Source: an uncultured Rickettsiales bacterium (lineage in GTDB: Bacteria; Pseudomonadota; Alphaproteobacteria; Rickettsiales; UBA8987). Taken from it: 64,000 nt of DNA. The position numbers and the translations under genes are program-made. The stretch covers positions 10,128 to 74,127 of the forward strand of contig CAZPQM010000004.1 of NCBI GenBank assembly GCA_964588995.1. The letters run 5' to 3'. Shown here in pieces: positions 20,225-29,421 of this stretch (within the stretch, counting starts at the first letter, position 1; the number at the start of each line of letters is the position of its first letter). Below the pieces are notes generated by a model that had not been told where the DNA came from, searched no databases, and was given only the letters and a program-made list of their open reading frames with translations.

Positions 20225-21775
20225 ATGTCCATCGCGAAATCGTTTTTCACTGTGAGTAGTCTGACGCTCGTAAGCCGGATACTTGGCTTCGTGCGCGATA
20301 TGCTGATGGCGTATAAAATCGGGACCGGACCGGTTGTTGACGCCTTTTTAGTGGCTTTCAAGCTGCCCAACTTTTTCCGCCGCCTGTTCGCTGAAGGGGC
20401 GTTTACGGCAGCCTTTGTGCCGATGTTTACCGGGAAAATGGCCGAGAAGGGGAAGGAAGAGGCGCTGATTTTCGGCAGTCAGATTTATACGCTGCTCTTT
20501 GCCTTCCTGCTGTGTTTTACGCTGCTTGCCATTATCGCGATGCCTTACGTGATGCTCGTGCTCGCACCCGGCTTTAACGATGATCCAGAACAGTTTGATT
20601 TAGCAGTACATTTATCACGGATCACCTTCCCGTATTTGCTGTTTATCTCGCTGGTGTCGCTGATGTCCGGCGTGCTGAACAGTTTTAAGCATTTCGCGGT
20701 GATGGCTTCGGCGCCGATACTGCTGAATCTTACGTTGATTGCTGCGCTCCTCTGGCTTTCGGATTATGCGGAATCCGAGGTGCATGCGCTTGCAATCGGT
20801 GTCTTTATTGCCGGGGTGCTGCAATTCCTGTGGTTGTGGAGTGCGACCCGGCGGCTTGGCGCTAAACTAAGGCTGGTCAAGCCGACCCGCACACTGGAGC
20901 TCAAGCAGTTCTGGCGGCGGTTTTTGCCCGGCGTTGTCGGAGCCGGGGTGGTACAAATCAACATCATGATCGATGTGATTATCGGTACGTTTATCCCAAG
21001 CGCGATTGGCTATCTCTACTATGCCGATCGGCTGTATCAGCTGCCACTGTCGCTCATAGGCACGGCGATGGGTGTGGCGCTGCTTCCGAGCCTGTCCGAC
21101 TCACTCAAGCGCGGCCATACGGAGCAGGCGCATCGCGACAAAAACCGCAGCCTGTTTATTGCGATGTTCTTCGCGCTGCCCTCCGCTGCCGCGCTGATCG
21201 CGATTGGCGAGCCGATCATCTCTGTACTGTTTGAACGCGGCGAATTTGACGCAACAGCGACACGCGCGACCTATTTTGCGCTCGCGGCCTATGCGGCGGG
21301 GTTGCCGGCGTTTATCCTGATTAAAATCCTCACGACCGGGTATTTCGCGCGTGGGGATACGAAAACGCCGGTGATTATTGCGATCAAATGCCTTGCGGTG
21401 AATCTGATCGGGAATCTAAGCTTCGTCTGGCTGCTGTCGCGTATGGGTTTCATGCCGCATATGGGGCTTGCGCTGGCAACGAGCCTTTCGGCCTGGGTGA
21501 ATGTAACGTTGCTGATGCATGGCCTCGCTACGCGCTATGGCTTTGGCTTCGAAAACGGTTTTCTTGGCCGTATGCTGAAAGTGATGGTTGCTGTGATGGT
21601 GATGACGGTCGTGCTACTCCTCGCGCAGCCCTATTTGTTTGCGATATTAGGTAAAATCGCCGGACTGGTCGTGTTGGTAGCATGCGGCGCGGGTAGTTTT
21701 TTCCTCAGCTCACAGGCGCTTGGTTTGTATTCGGTAAGAGGGCTGCTAAATGCGGTTCGTAGTACTACGGCTTGA
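20225..21775 (+). CDS. murJ: Lipid II flippase MurJ
   Basis: SRILGFVRD, LPNFFRRLFAEGAF, YYADRLYQLP. Confidence 0.96.
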   Translation: MSIAKSFFTVSSLTLVSRILGFVRDMLMAYKIGTGPVVDAFLVAFKLPNFFRRLFAEGAFTAAFVPMFTGKMAEKGKEEALIFGSQIYTLLFAFLLCFTLLAIIAMPYVMLVLAPGFNDDPEQFDLAVHLSRITFPYLLFISLVSLMSGVLNSFKHFAVMASAPILLNLTLIAALLWLSDYAESEVHALAIGVFIAGVLQFLWLWSATRRLGAKLRLVKPTRTLELKQFWRRFLPGVVGAGVVQINIMIDVIIGTFIPSAIGYLYYADRLYQLPLSLIGTAMGVALLPSLSDSLKRGHTEQAHRDKNRSLFIAMFFALPSAAALIAIGEPIISVLFERGEFDATATRATYFALAAYAAGLPAFILIKILTTGYFARGDTKTPVIIAIKCLAVNLIGNLSFVWLLSRMGFMPHMGLALATSLSAWVNVTLLMHGLATRYGFGFENGFLGRMLKVMVAVMVMTVVLLLAQPYLFAILGKIAGLVVLVACGAGSFFLSSQALGLYSVRGLLNAVRSTTA

Positions 21776-21808
21776 TTGCAGTACAAGACCGAGGATGATA
21801 GTCTGCTT

Positions 21809-21980
21809 GTCATCCCCGACTTGTTCGGGGATCTCGAGCCACAGGCTGCGTTTGTGCCATTTCGCCTAAGATCCCGGAATAAATCCGGAATGACAATTCA
21901 CTTAGTTCATTCCGGCGAAGGCTGTAATCTCAGGCTACATGCTTCTATCGCGAGATCTTCGGGTCAAGCACAAGGATGAA
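21809..21980. repeat. Two REPIN-like palindromic elements
   Basis: gtcatccccgacttgttcggggatc...gatcccggaataaatccggaatgac plus a second degenerate copy. Confidence 0.75.
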
Positions 21981-22030
21981 AGCGGTGGACTATTTGAATC
22001 AATACGCCAACTACGCTCATCGCACATCCG

Positions 22031-22831
22031 CTAAAGTACATACAGTAACAGCAACATCACGCTGCCCACGGCAATGCGATAGTAGGCGAAGGGGATGAAA
22101 CCGTGTTTGGAGATAAACGCAATGACGGTTTTTACCACCAGTAGCGCCGTGAAAAAGGCGGCGAGGAAGCCGATCGCGACTAATAGAAATCCTTCGCTGT
22201 TTATGTGCTCCCACTCTTCATAGAGCGACTTGACGGTTGCGCCGAGCATGGTGGGAATAGCGAGGAAAAATGAGAATTCGGTAGCGGCCTTGCGGTCGAC
22301 CCCGAGCAGCAGCGAACCCATGATGGTCGCGCCGGAGCGGGACGTACCGGGAATCATCGCGAGTGTCTGAAACAGCCCAATTTTCAGCGCGAGTTTCCAC
22401 GAAAATGCTTCCGTGGTGTGGTATTTTGGAGTAGGTCGCAGCTTCTTTTCGATCAGTATAATGAGCAGCCCGCCGATAATCAGCATCACCGAGACGACGG
22501 TCGGCGAAAACAGCACATCGCGGATAATGTCGTAAGCGAGCATGCCGATAATCAGGGAAGGGATAAAGGCGATCGTCACATTGCGGGCGAAAATGAAGGA
22601 CTCGCGATCTTTATGTAAATTGAAGGCAACATGGGTCAATTTTTCTTTATACGCCCAACAGACAGCCAGAATCGCACCGAGCTGAATCACGATTTCAAAG
22701 ACGTTGCCCTTGGGTGCGGCAAAGTTGAGGATATCGACGAGCAATATGAGATGCCCGGTCGAGGAGACGGGTATGAACTCGGTCAGCCCCTCAACTATAC
22801 CAAGCAGTAGCGCGTGGAAAATATCGGTCAT
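22031..22831 (-). CDS. uppP: Undecaprenyl-diphosphate phosphatase
   Basis: EGLTEFIPVSSTGHL, PGTSRSGAT, EFSFFLAIP. Confidence 0.96.
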   Translation of the reverse strand: MTDIFHALLLGIVEGLTEFIPVSSTGHLILLVDILNFAAPKGNVFEIVIQLGAILAVCWAYKEKLTHVAFNLHKDRESFIFARNVTIAFIPSLIIGMLAYDIIRDVLFSPTVVSVMLIIGGLLIILIEKKLRPTPKYHTTEAFSWKLALKIGLFQTLAMIPGTSRSGATIMGSLLLGVDRKAATEFSFFLAIPTMLGATVKSLYEEWEHINSEGFLLVAIGFLAAFFTALLVVKTVIAFISKHGFIPFAYYRIAVGSVMLLLLYVL

Positions 22832-22845
22832 GCGTATTTAATCGT

Positions 22846-23012
22846 CCCCTGAAGCGACTACTGCCGCTTCAAATGAACCTAGCAGCTTCGCTGACTAAAG
22901 CAAGCAGGATTACTATCCTGCGTTGTTATACTGCTCCTTGCTCGCATTCCTATGCTCGCAAATGAGCCTAAGCCCTTTGGGCACTAAAGCAAGCAGGATT
23001 ACTATCCTGTGT
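22846..23012 (-). ncRNA. Candidate tandem structured 5' leader RNA upstream of uppP
   Basis: Two 51-nt units (22870-22920, 22959-23009) whose differences all preserve predicted pairing. Confidence 0.55.
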
Positions 23013-23018
23013 GTTTAC

Positions 23019-23047
23019 GCTATCGGTCATTCGGCATCAACAAGCAA
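23019..23047 (-). promoter_or_regulatory. Putative promoter for the leader-uppP transcript
   Basis: TTGCTT-17 nt-GATAGC on minus strand, just 5' of the first repeat unit. Confidence 0.4.
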
Positions 23048-23062
23048 CTTCAGCTAAGGGAA

Positions 23063-23090
23063 TTGACGAAACATTTTCCTCGTGTATGTT
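23063..23090 (+). promoter_or_regulatory. Putative tRNA promoter
   Basis: TTGACG-16 nt-TATGTT about 22 nt before the tRNA. Confidence 0.55.
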
Positions 23091-23112
23091 CACGGCTTCA
23101 CACAGTTAGATT

Positions 23113-23198
23113 GCCTCTGTGGCGGAATTGGTAGACGCGCCGGATTCAAAATCCGGTTCTCTTTGAGAGTGTGGGTTCGATTCCCACCGGAGGCACCA
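23113..23198 (+). tRNA. tRNA-Leu(CAA)
   Basis: Cloverleaf GCCTCTG...CGGAGGC-A-CCA, anticodon arm CCGGA-TTCAAAA-TCCGG, long variable arm, GGTTCGATTCC. Confidence 0.96.
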
Positions 23199-23312
23199 TC
23201 TCACGGTCTCAAGAAATCCATTAACATCCACTTAAACGTTGAATTTAAAAGTCTTATAGGCTATTTCTAGTCCCAGCTCATCCTTGTTTGTCTAGCACTA
23301 TCTGAGTATTAA

Positions 23313-23363
23313 TGGGGGCAACATTGGGGGCAACCTTTTTCAACTGCTTGGGAGTTGCCCCCA
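23313..23363. repeat. Integrase arm-type sites, left end
   Basis: TGGGGGCAAC at 23313 and 23325, inverted copy at 23354-23363. Confidence 0.75.
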
Positions 23364-23364
23364 A

Positions 23365-24555
23365 ATGAAACTGACCGATAAAGCCTGTAAAAACGCACAA
23401 CCTCACGAAAAACCCAGAAAAATGGCGGATGGCAAAGGTTTATACCTCGAAGTACGTCCTAATGGGGGCAAGTATTGGCGTTTCAAATACCGTATAGGCG
23501 GCAAAGAAAAGCGTATATCACTTGGCGTTTATCCCGAAACGTCCCTGAAGGAAGCCCGAATAGCGTGCGACGAGGCTCGAAAACAAGTAATACAAGGCAA
23601 TGACCCCTCTTTTCTTCGACAGGAGGCCAAAAGCCAACAAATCCTGGATGCCACCAATAGTTTTGAATCGGTCGCTCGCGAGTGGTTTTCTATGCAGCAA
23701 GCCAAATGGTCGCCTAAACATGCTGCTAAAATCATCAACTGGCTGGAAAAAGATGTATTTCCTTACCTTGGGGCAATGCAGATTAATGAGATTAAACCTA
23801 AAAAAATGCTAGAAACCATAAAGCGTATTGAGAGCCGAGGCGCATTAGATGTTGCCAAGCGCATCCTCCACGTCTGCAATCAGGTTTTTAAATACGCCGT
23901 TATATTCGAACGAATTGAATACAACCCTGCTGCTGACCTTCATGGCGCATTACAAGCTGCTCCACCTGTTAAACACCGCGCCCACTTAGCCGAATCGGAA
24001 TTGCCCGAATTTCTCAATCTATTGGAGGATTATGAAGGCGAGGAACAAACCAAGTTAGCTCTTAAACTAAAACTACTAACCCTTCTCCGCACCTCAGAGC
24101 TTCGCGCGGGCACATGGGATGAAATAGACTGGAGCAAGCGAGAGTGGCATATACCTGCTGAGCGCATGAAAATGAAGCGACCGCATGTTGTTCCTCTGAC
24201 AAATCAAGCCTTAGCCATATTAGACCAACTTCGCAAAATGAACGGTAATCGAAAGCATATATTTCCAAACCATCAAAAACCCGTTACCTATATCAGCGAA
24301 AACACCATGCTTTTCGCTATGTACCGCATGGGCTATCACAGCCGTGCCACCCCGCATGGCTTCCGTTCCACCGCGTCCACCATAATGAACGAAAAAGGCT
24401 TTCGCTCAGATATTATAGAAGCGCAACTATCACACGTAGAAAACAACAAGAGCCGTGCGGCTTATAACAAGGCGGAATACTTAGATGACCGCCACGAGAT
24501 GATGCAGTGGTGGGCGGATTATCTGGACAAACTGGGACAAAATGTTAATGAGTAA
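23365..24555 (+). CDS. P4-like tyrosine integrase
   Basis: DGKGLYLEV arm-binding domain, LRTSE, HGFRST, QLSH, AYNKAEY. Confidence 0.96.
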   Translation: MKLTDKACKNAQPHEKPRKMADGKGLYLEVRPNGGKYWRFKYRIGGKEKRISLGVYPETSLKEARIACDEARKQVIQGNDPSFLRQEAKSQQILDATNSFESVAREWFSMQQAKWSPKHAAKIINWLEKDVFPYLGAMQINEIKPKKMLETIKRIESRGALDVAKRILHVCNQVFKYAVIFERIEYNPAADLHGALQAAPPVKHRAHLAESELPEFLNLLEDYEGEEQTKLALKLKLLTLLRTSELRAGTWDEIDWSKREWHIPAERMKMKRPHVVPLTNQALAILDQLRKMNGNRKHIFPNHQKPVTYISENTMLFAMYRMGYHSRATPHGFRSTASTIMNEKGFRSDIIEAQLSHVENNKSRAAYNKAEYLDDRHEMMQWWADYLDKLGQNVNE

Positions 24556-24583
24556 TTGTTAACATTTTACGAGAATAAAGATA

Positions 24584-25378
24584 ATGAGTACCACCGAAAC
24601 TGTATTTAATGGATATAAAATGCCTTTGTCTGAGACAATAACTCTCTCAGATTTACTAATTTGCCTTTCGACAAATAACCCAGCGGTAGAAGAACGTTAT
24701 TTCTACCTTACTAATCATAAATCTCATCATGACCTTAATGGCAATGAAGAATATGAAAAATATAAGAAAAAAATAATTTACCATTTAATGCAGAATAATA
24801 TCGTCGCAAAAGGCATAATAAATAACTTTTCAAGCTACAGCATGTGTCAAAATCGATACGCGGATATTTATAGATGTGAACCAAAAGATGGAAATTATAC
24901 AAACATCTCTTCAAAAGATTGGTCTATAGATGAGGTATCTTGGCAAGATAGCTTCTTGGCAATAGAATACAAAGATGACTCAGACAAAATGACATGCAAT
25001 GATTTTACTACTGAAGGCACATGTTATACTGATATACAAATACCGACTAAAGCCGCCAGCAAGATTTGGCCGAACCTACTTGGAGTGCAGAACGAGAATC
25101 TAAATAGCACTGAAAATGTTATTGGCTATTTAAATCCAGACCACCCACATTACGCACACAAACTTGCTGTAGCAGTTAAAGTATGGGAGGCATTAGACGC
25201 TGACCCTTCTTTGCTAAGAAAATCCCCTCCTAAGAAGGCCATGATAAAGTGGCTTGAATCTCACGCTGATAAGTTAGGCTTGATTAAAGATAATGGGGAG
25301 AAAAACAAGGTAGGTATTGAAGAAATTGCCAAAGTGGCTAATTGGAATATAAAAGGCGGCGCACCTAAAACTCCTTGA
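24584..25378 (+). CDS. Hypothetical protein of the type often found between integrase and alpA
   Basis: 264-aa ORF; AT-rich N-terminus, C-terminal YLNPDHPHYAHKLAVAVKVWEA...ANWNIKGGAPKTP domain. Confidence 0.7.
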   Translation: MSTTETVFNGYKMPLSETITLSDLLICLSTNNPAVEERYFYLTNHKSHHDLNGNEEYEKYKKKIIYHLMQNNIVAKGIINNFSSYSMCQNRYADIYRCEPKDGNYTNISSKDWSIDEVSWQDSFLAIEYKDDSDKMTCNDFTTEGTCYTDIQIPTKAASKIWPNLLGVQNENLNSTENVIGYLNPDHPHYAHKLAVAVKVWEALDADPSLLRKSPPKKAMIKWLESHADKLGLIKDNGEKNKVGIEEIAKVANWNIKGGAPKTP

Positions 25379-25574
25379 AGCCACCTACCCCTTATCGTAT
25401 TGGTATTTAATAGTTTTTAGCATATCCTTTCCCAACGTGCTTTGGAAGCTCCCCCCTTGTTACATCGGTTACTAGCGTTTTTTAGGGTATGGTTTTTATA
25501 ACCTGCCCGTCTATTACGTACTGATATTATCTGTAGAGTTCCCGCTGTATTCAACAAAACAAAAGGACTCAAAC

Positions 25575-25787
25575 ATGGACAACTACTCACTCCCCGAAAC
25601 AGGCTTCATTCGACTGCCCGAAGTGCTCAATGTAATCCCCATTGGTAAATCGACGTGGTGGGCGGGCGTTAAAGAGGGGCGCTTTCCCGCGCCAATCAAG
25701 ATCGGGGCGCGCACTTCAATGTGGCGCGTAGAGGATATACATGCATTAATAGCAGAACTCTCCGAACACCATGAAGGGAGAAAATAA
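25575..25787 (+). CDS. alpA: AlpA family regulator/excisionase
   Basis: GFIRLPEVL...IGKSTWWAGVKEGRFPAPIKIG; AAGGA SD. Confidence 0.9.
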   Translation: MDNYSLPETGFIRLPEVLNVIPIGKSTWWAGVKEGRFPAPIKIGARTSMWRVEDIHALIAELSEHHEGRK

Positions 25788-25996
25788 TGGACACAACAGA
25801 CCTTAAATACCTAATAAACAGTACAACGGGGAATTTCTCACTTAGGAAATGCATAAATGAGAAGTGTAAATCATGCGCTTATGACCCGTTAGCGAAAGGA
25901 ACGTGGCGCCAGCAGGTTAGAGAGTGCGGCGGCGCTGGAACCTGTCCGTTATTCTCGGTACGTCCCCTACCTACAAAAAAACATAAAAAAAGATGA
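25787..25996 (+). CDS. Small Cys-rich, putatively Zn-binding phage-type protein
   Basis: KCKSC...VREC...CPLF; coupled to alpA stop. Confidence 0.65.
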   Translation: MDTTDLKYLINSTTGNFSLRKCINEKCKSCAYDPLAKGTWRQQVRECGGAGTCPLFSVRPLPTKKHKKR

Positions 25997-26096
25997 TGAA
26001 ATAAGAGGGAGGTGGCTTGGCTGTTAACCTCCCTCTTTGCTATTCTCTGCAGCTTTTTTCATCCATTTCGCCTTAAAAAAAGACCGTGAGACTAAC

Positions 26097-26570
26097 GTGA
26101 GTAAGATATACGATACTGACTTTCGGAAAGTCAAAGATTTTATTGATGAGTCCTTCGTCCAAATTCCGTTAAAACTACTTGAATCAGATGCCTGGAGAAA
26201 CAGGCCGATAAATTGCATACGACTAATGGACCGTTTAATTATAGAGCACATCCGCCAAGGAGGCCGCGAAAATGGCAACCTTATTGTGACCTATAATGAA
26301 TTCCAAAAACATGGTATTCCCCGAAAATATATTAAAGGCGCTATTAAAAACGCGGAGGAACTGAAACTCATAAGGGTTGAATATGGTTGTTATTACGATG
26401 CCAAAAGAAAATATCCCAATAAATATACGCTCACCTTTTTCAAAGAGAAGATCTTTGATGAAAAACTCAATGTTAACTGCTGGCGTGCGCCAAGCAATGA
26501 CTGGAGAAAATATACTCATCACGAAGGTTCACCAGTTTACAAACGACTACCTAAGCCAGTAGTCAATTGA
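26097..26570 (+). CDS. Hypothetical winged-HTH protein
   Basis: GTG start; LLESDAWR...NGNLIVTY...IKGAIKNAEELKLI. Confidence 0.6.
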   Translation: MSKIYDTDFRKVKDFIDESFVQIPLKLLESDAWRNRPINCIRLMDRLIIEHIRQGGRENGNLIVTYNEFQKHGIPRKYIKGAIKNAEELKLIRVEYGCYYDAKRKYPNKYTLTFFKEKIFDEKLNVNCWRAPSNDWRKYTHHEGSPVYKRLPKPVVN

Positions 26571-27059
26571 CTACTTGAAATATGTCTCTGCACGTCCCCA
26601 AATTATCACTTATCTAGTGCATAAATGTATACTGTTATATATATTATGGTGGCTTACACATTAATCTCGTGTGATTAGAAACTCGAGCTTGAGCCTAAAG
26701 AACGTGATGCACCATCCTCATATAAAACATAACGCCGGGAAGATAAAAACCGCCTTTAAGCGTCAATATGAGATTTGACACGTAATAAGTGCATCCATGT
26801 AGAGCGAAGTCCCCCTCCTTTAACCCCCTACACAAAACGCAATCGGAGCATTGCAACTGCAATAAACCCTAGGATTTCAGGGGCTTTCCTAAAAAACCCC
26901 TTTAAAAAACCGGCACACATGTAAATGCTCGTGCCACACTACCCATATATTTATGCTGTATGACAAGCCATGAAATAAGCTCTCAAGACTATTGCCCTTT
27001 CTCATATTTTCGTTATTTTCTCAGAGAAGTAATTTCATTGAAGAATAATCGAGGAAATA

Positions 27060-27260
27060 ATGAATTCTGACATCATGACAATCAAAGAGCTTTCAGAATA
27101 TTTGAAGCTCAACGAAAAGACTGCTTATCGCTTGGCAGCCGAGGGTAAAATACCCGGCTTCAAGGTTGGCGGCTCGTGGCGTTTTCGCTTCGATGAAATT
27201 GAAAAATTAACAAAGGGGCAAATTGCAGAAGCCCAAAATGAGGGCGGCAACAATGAGTAG
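27060..27260 (+). CDS. Excisionase-like HTH regulator leading the R-M operon
   Basis: MTIKELSEYLKLNEKTAYRLAAEGKIPGFKVGGSWRF; overlaps hsdM start. Confidence 0.88.
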   Translation: MNSDIMTIKELSEYLKLNEKTAYRLAAEGKIPGFKVGGSWRFRFDEIEKLTKGQIAEAQNEGGNNE

Positions 27261-29421
27261 TAATCACGATAATCTGATTGGTTTTATCTGGAATGTAGCA
27301 AATAAGCTGCGTGGCCCATATCGACCACCTCAATATCGCCGCGTAATGCTGCCGATGACCGTTCTGCGCCGTATGGATTGCGTGCTTGAGCCGACAAAAG
27401 AAAAAGTGCTGCAGCAATATGAGAAGCTGCAGGCGCAAGGGCATACCGAAGATGCCATCCATAAAATCCTTGGCAAAACGGCATCGGAAGACAGAGAGCA
27501 ACCGCTCTACAACACCAGCAAATATGATTTCAATAAGCTCTTGGGCGACTCAGATAATATCGCCAGAAACCTGATTGCTTACATCAAAGGTTTCTCTCCA
27601 AAGGCGCGGGAGATATTTGAGCGGTTCAATTTTGAACAGGAAATTGAGAAACTGGATAATGCAAACCGCTTGTTTGTGATTGTCAAAGAATTCGCCAATA
27701 TCGACCTGCACCCAGACAAAGTCGATAATCTACAGATGGGCTATGTGTTTGAAGAGTTGGTGCGAAAGTTCAACGAACAAGCCAACGAAGAAGCAGGAGA
27801 TCACTTTACCCCGCGTGAAGTAATCGACCTTATGGCGCATCTGGTCTACACCCATGATGAGGATGTTTATAAGCCTGGCATCTACCGTTCTATTTACGAC
27901 CCCACCTGCGGAACGGGCGGAATGCTATCTGTATCCGAGAAATACATTCGCAAAAATAACCCTGATGTAAACCTTGGTCTGTTCGGTCAGGAATACAATG
28001 CCGAATCATACGCTATCTGCTGTGCGGATTTGCTGATTAAAGATGAGCCGGTAGATAATATCATTGCTGGCGACACGCTGGGTGATGGTAAAACCAGCGA
28101 TGGTCACCCTGATAAGAAGTTCCACTATATGCTGGCAAATCCACCCTTTGGCGTGGAATGGAAAACCCAACAAGGTGTTGTGGAAAAAGAACATAAAGAG
28201 CATGGCTTCTCTGGCCGCTTTGGTCCAGGAACGCCGCGTATTAATGATGGCGCGTTACTCTTCCTGATGCACATGATTTCAAAAATGCACAACGCACCTG
28301 ATGCGAAGAACGAAAAAGGAGAAGATATATCTGGTGATGGCTCCAAGATTGCCATTGTCTTTAACGGCTCACCGCTTTTTACAGGTGATGCAGGCTCAGG
28401 TGAAAGCAATATCCGCCGCTGGATCATTGAAAATGACTGGCTGGATGCAGTGGTAGCACTGCCAGATCAGATGTTCTACAACACGGGCATCTATACTTAT
28501 ATCTGGCTGGTATCGAACAAAAAGCGTCCAGATCGCAAAGGCAAAATCCAGCTAATAGATGCCACCAAGCATTTCCAGAAAATGCCTAAAAGCCTCGGCA
28601 ATAAGCGCAATGAACTGAGCCAAGAGCATATTGATAAGATCACGTGCCTGTACGCAGATTTTAATCATGATGGTAAATCTGGCGATGCTATATGCTCTAA
28701 AATCTTCGACAACCGCGAGTTTGGATTTTTGAAGGTAACGGTTGAGCGTCCGCTTAAACTGAACTTCCAAGTAAGCCCTGAACGCATCGAAAAACTGAAG
28801 CTGGAAAATGCGTTTATCAAATTGGCGGAAAGCAAAAAGCGCAAAAACGAGGCCACCATCAAAGCCGAGCAGCAAGCTGGTGAGAAATTACAAGCGGATA
28901 TCATCTCTATGCTGGAGGCGATGGACGGCGCAACGCTTTATAAAAACCGCGATGCTTTCACAAAAATGTTAAATGCAGCGATTAAAGGAGCTGATCTCTC
29001 GCTGGAAGCGACCATCAAAAAAGCGATTCTGAACGCGCTGTCTGAGCGCGATGAAACCGCAGACACCTGCACCAATGCCAAAGGCGTGGCCGAGCCGGAT
29101 AGCGAGCTGCGCGATACGGAACTGGTGCCATTGCCAGCCGATATCTCTTTCCCGCTACCGATTGATTATGACGCCAAGGCAGATAACAGCAAATTGCTGG
29201 ATTTAGTGCGTGAGCATTGTGAAGCCTACCTCACAAAAGAGGTGAAACCACATGTGCCTGAAGCATGGATTGACCACAGCAAAACAAAAGTTGGTTATGA
29301 AATTCCGCTGAATCGTCATTTTTATGTCTATCAGCCACCACGTCCACTGGAAGAGATTGAAGGCGATATTAAGAAGTTGGAACAAGACATCATGAAAATG
29401 TTGGGAGGGATTGCCGCATGA
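27253..29421 (+). CDS. hsdM: Type I R-M methyltransferase subunit
   Basis: AGDHFTPREVI, YDPTCGTGG, NPPF, FYNTGI. Confidence 0.96.
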   Translation: MSSNHDNLIGFIWNVANKLRGPYRPPQYRRVMLPMTVLRRMDCVLEPTKEKVLQQYEKLQAQGHTEDAIHKILGKTASEDREQPLYNTSKYDFNKLLGDSDNIARNLIAYIKGFSPKAREIFERFNFEQEIEKLDNANRLFVIVKEFANIDLHPDKVDNLQMGYVFEELVRKFNEQANEEAGDHFTPREVIDLMAHLVYTHDEDVYKPGIYRSIYDPTCGTGGMLSVSEKYIRKNNPDVNLGLFGQEYNAESYAICCADLLIKDEPVDNIIAGDTLGDGKTSDGHPDKKFHYMLANPPFGVEWKTQQGVVEKEHKEHGFSGRFGPGTPRINDGALLFLMHMISKMHNAPDAKNEKGEDISGDGSKIAIVFNGSPLFTGDAGSGESNIRRWIIENDWLDAVVALPDQMFYNTGIYTYIWLVSNKKRPDRKGKIQLIDATKHFQKMPKSLGNKRNELSQEHIDKITCLYADFNHDGKSGDAICSKIFDNREFGFLKVTVERPLKLNFQVSPERIEKLKLENAFIKLAESKKRKNEATIKAEQQAGEKLQADIISMLEAMDGATLYKNRDAFTKMLNAAIKGADLSLEATIKKAILNALSERDETADTCTNAKGVAEPDSELRDTELVPLPADISFPLPIDYDAKADNSKLLDLVREHCEAYLTKEVKPHVPEAWIDHSKTKVGYEIPLNRHFYVYQPPRPLEEIEGDIKKLEQDIMKMLGGIAA

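Noticed and set aside
22894-23009. 27-bp exact direct repeat with internal palindrome as a mini-CRISPR
   Set aside because: Only two copies, the 62-bp 'spacer' is partly homologous to the flank with covarying stems, and there are no cas genes
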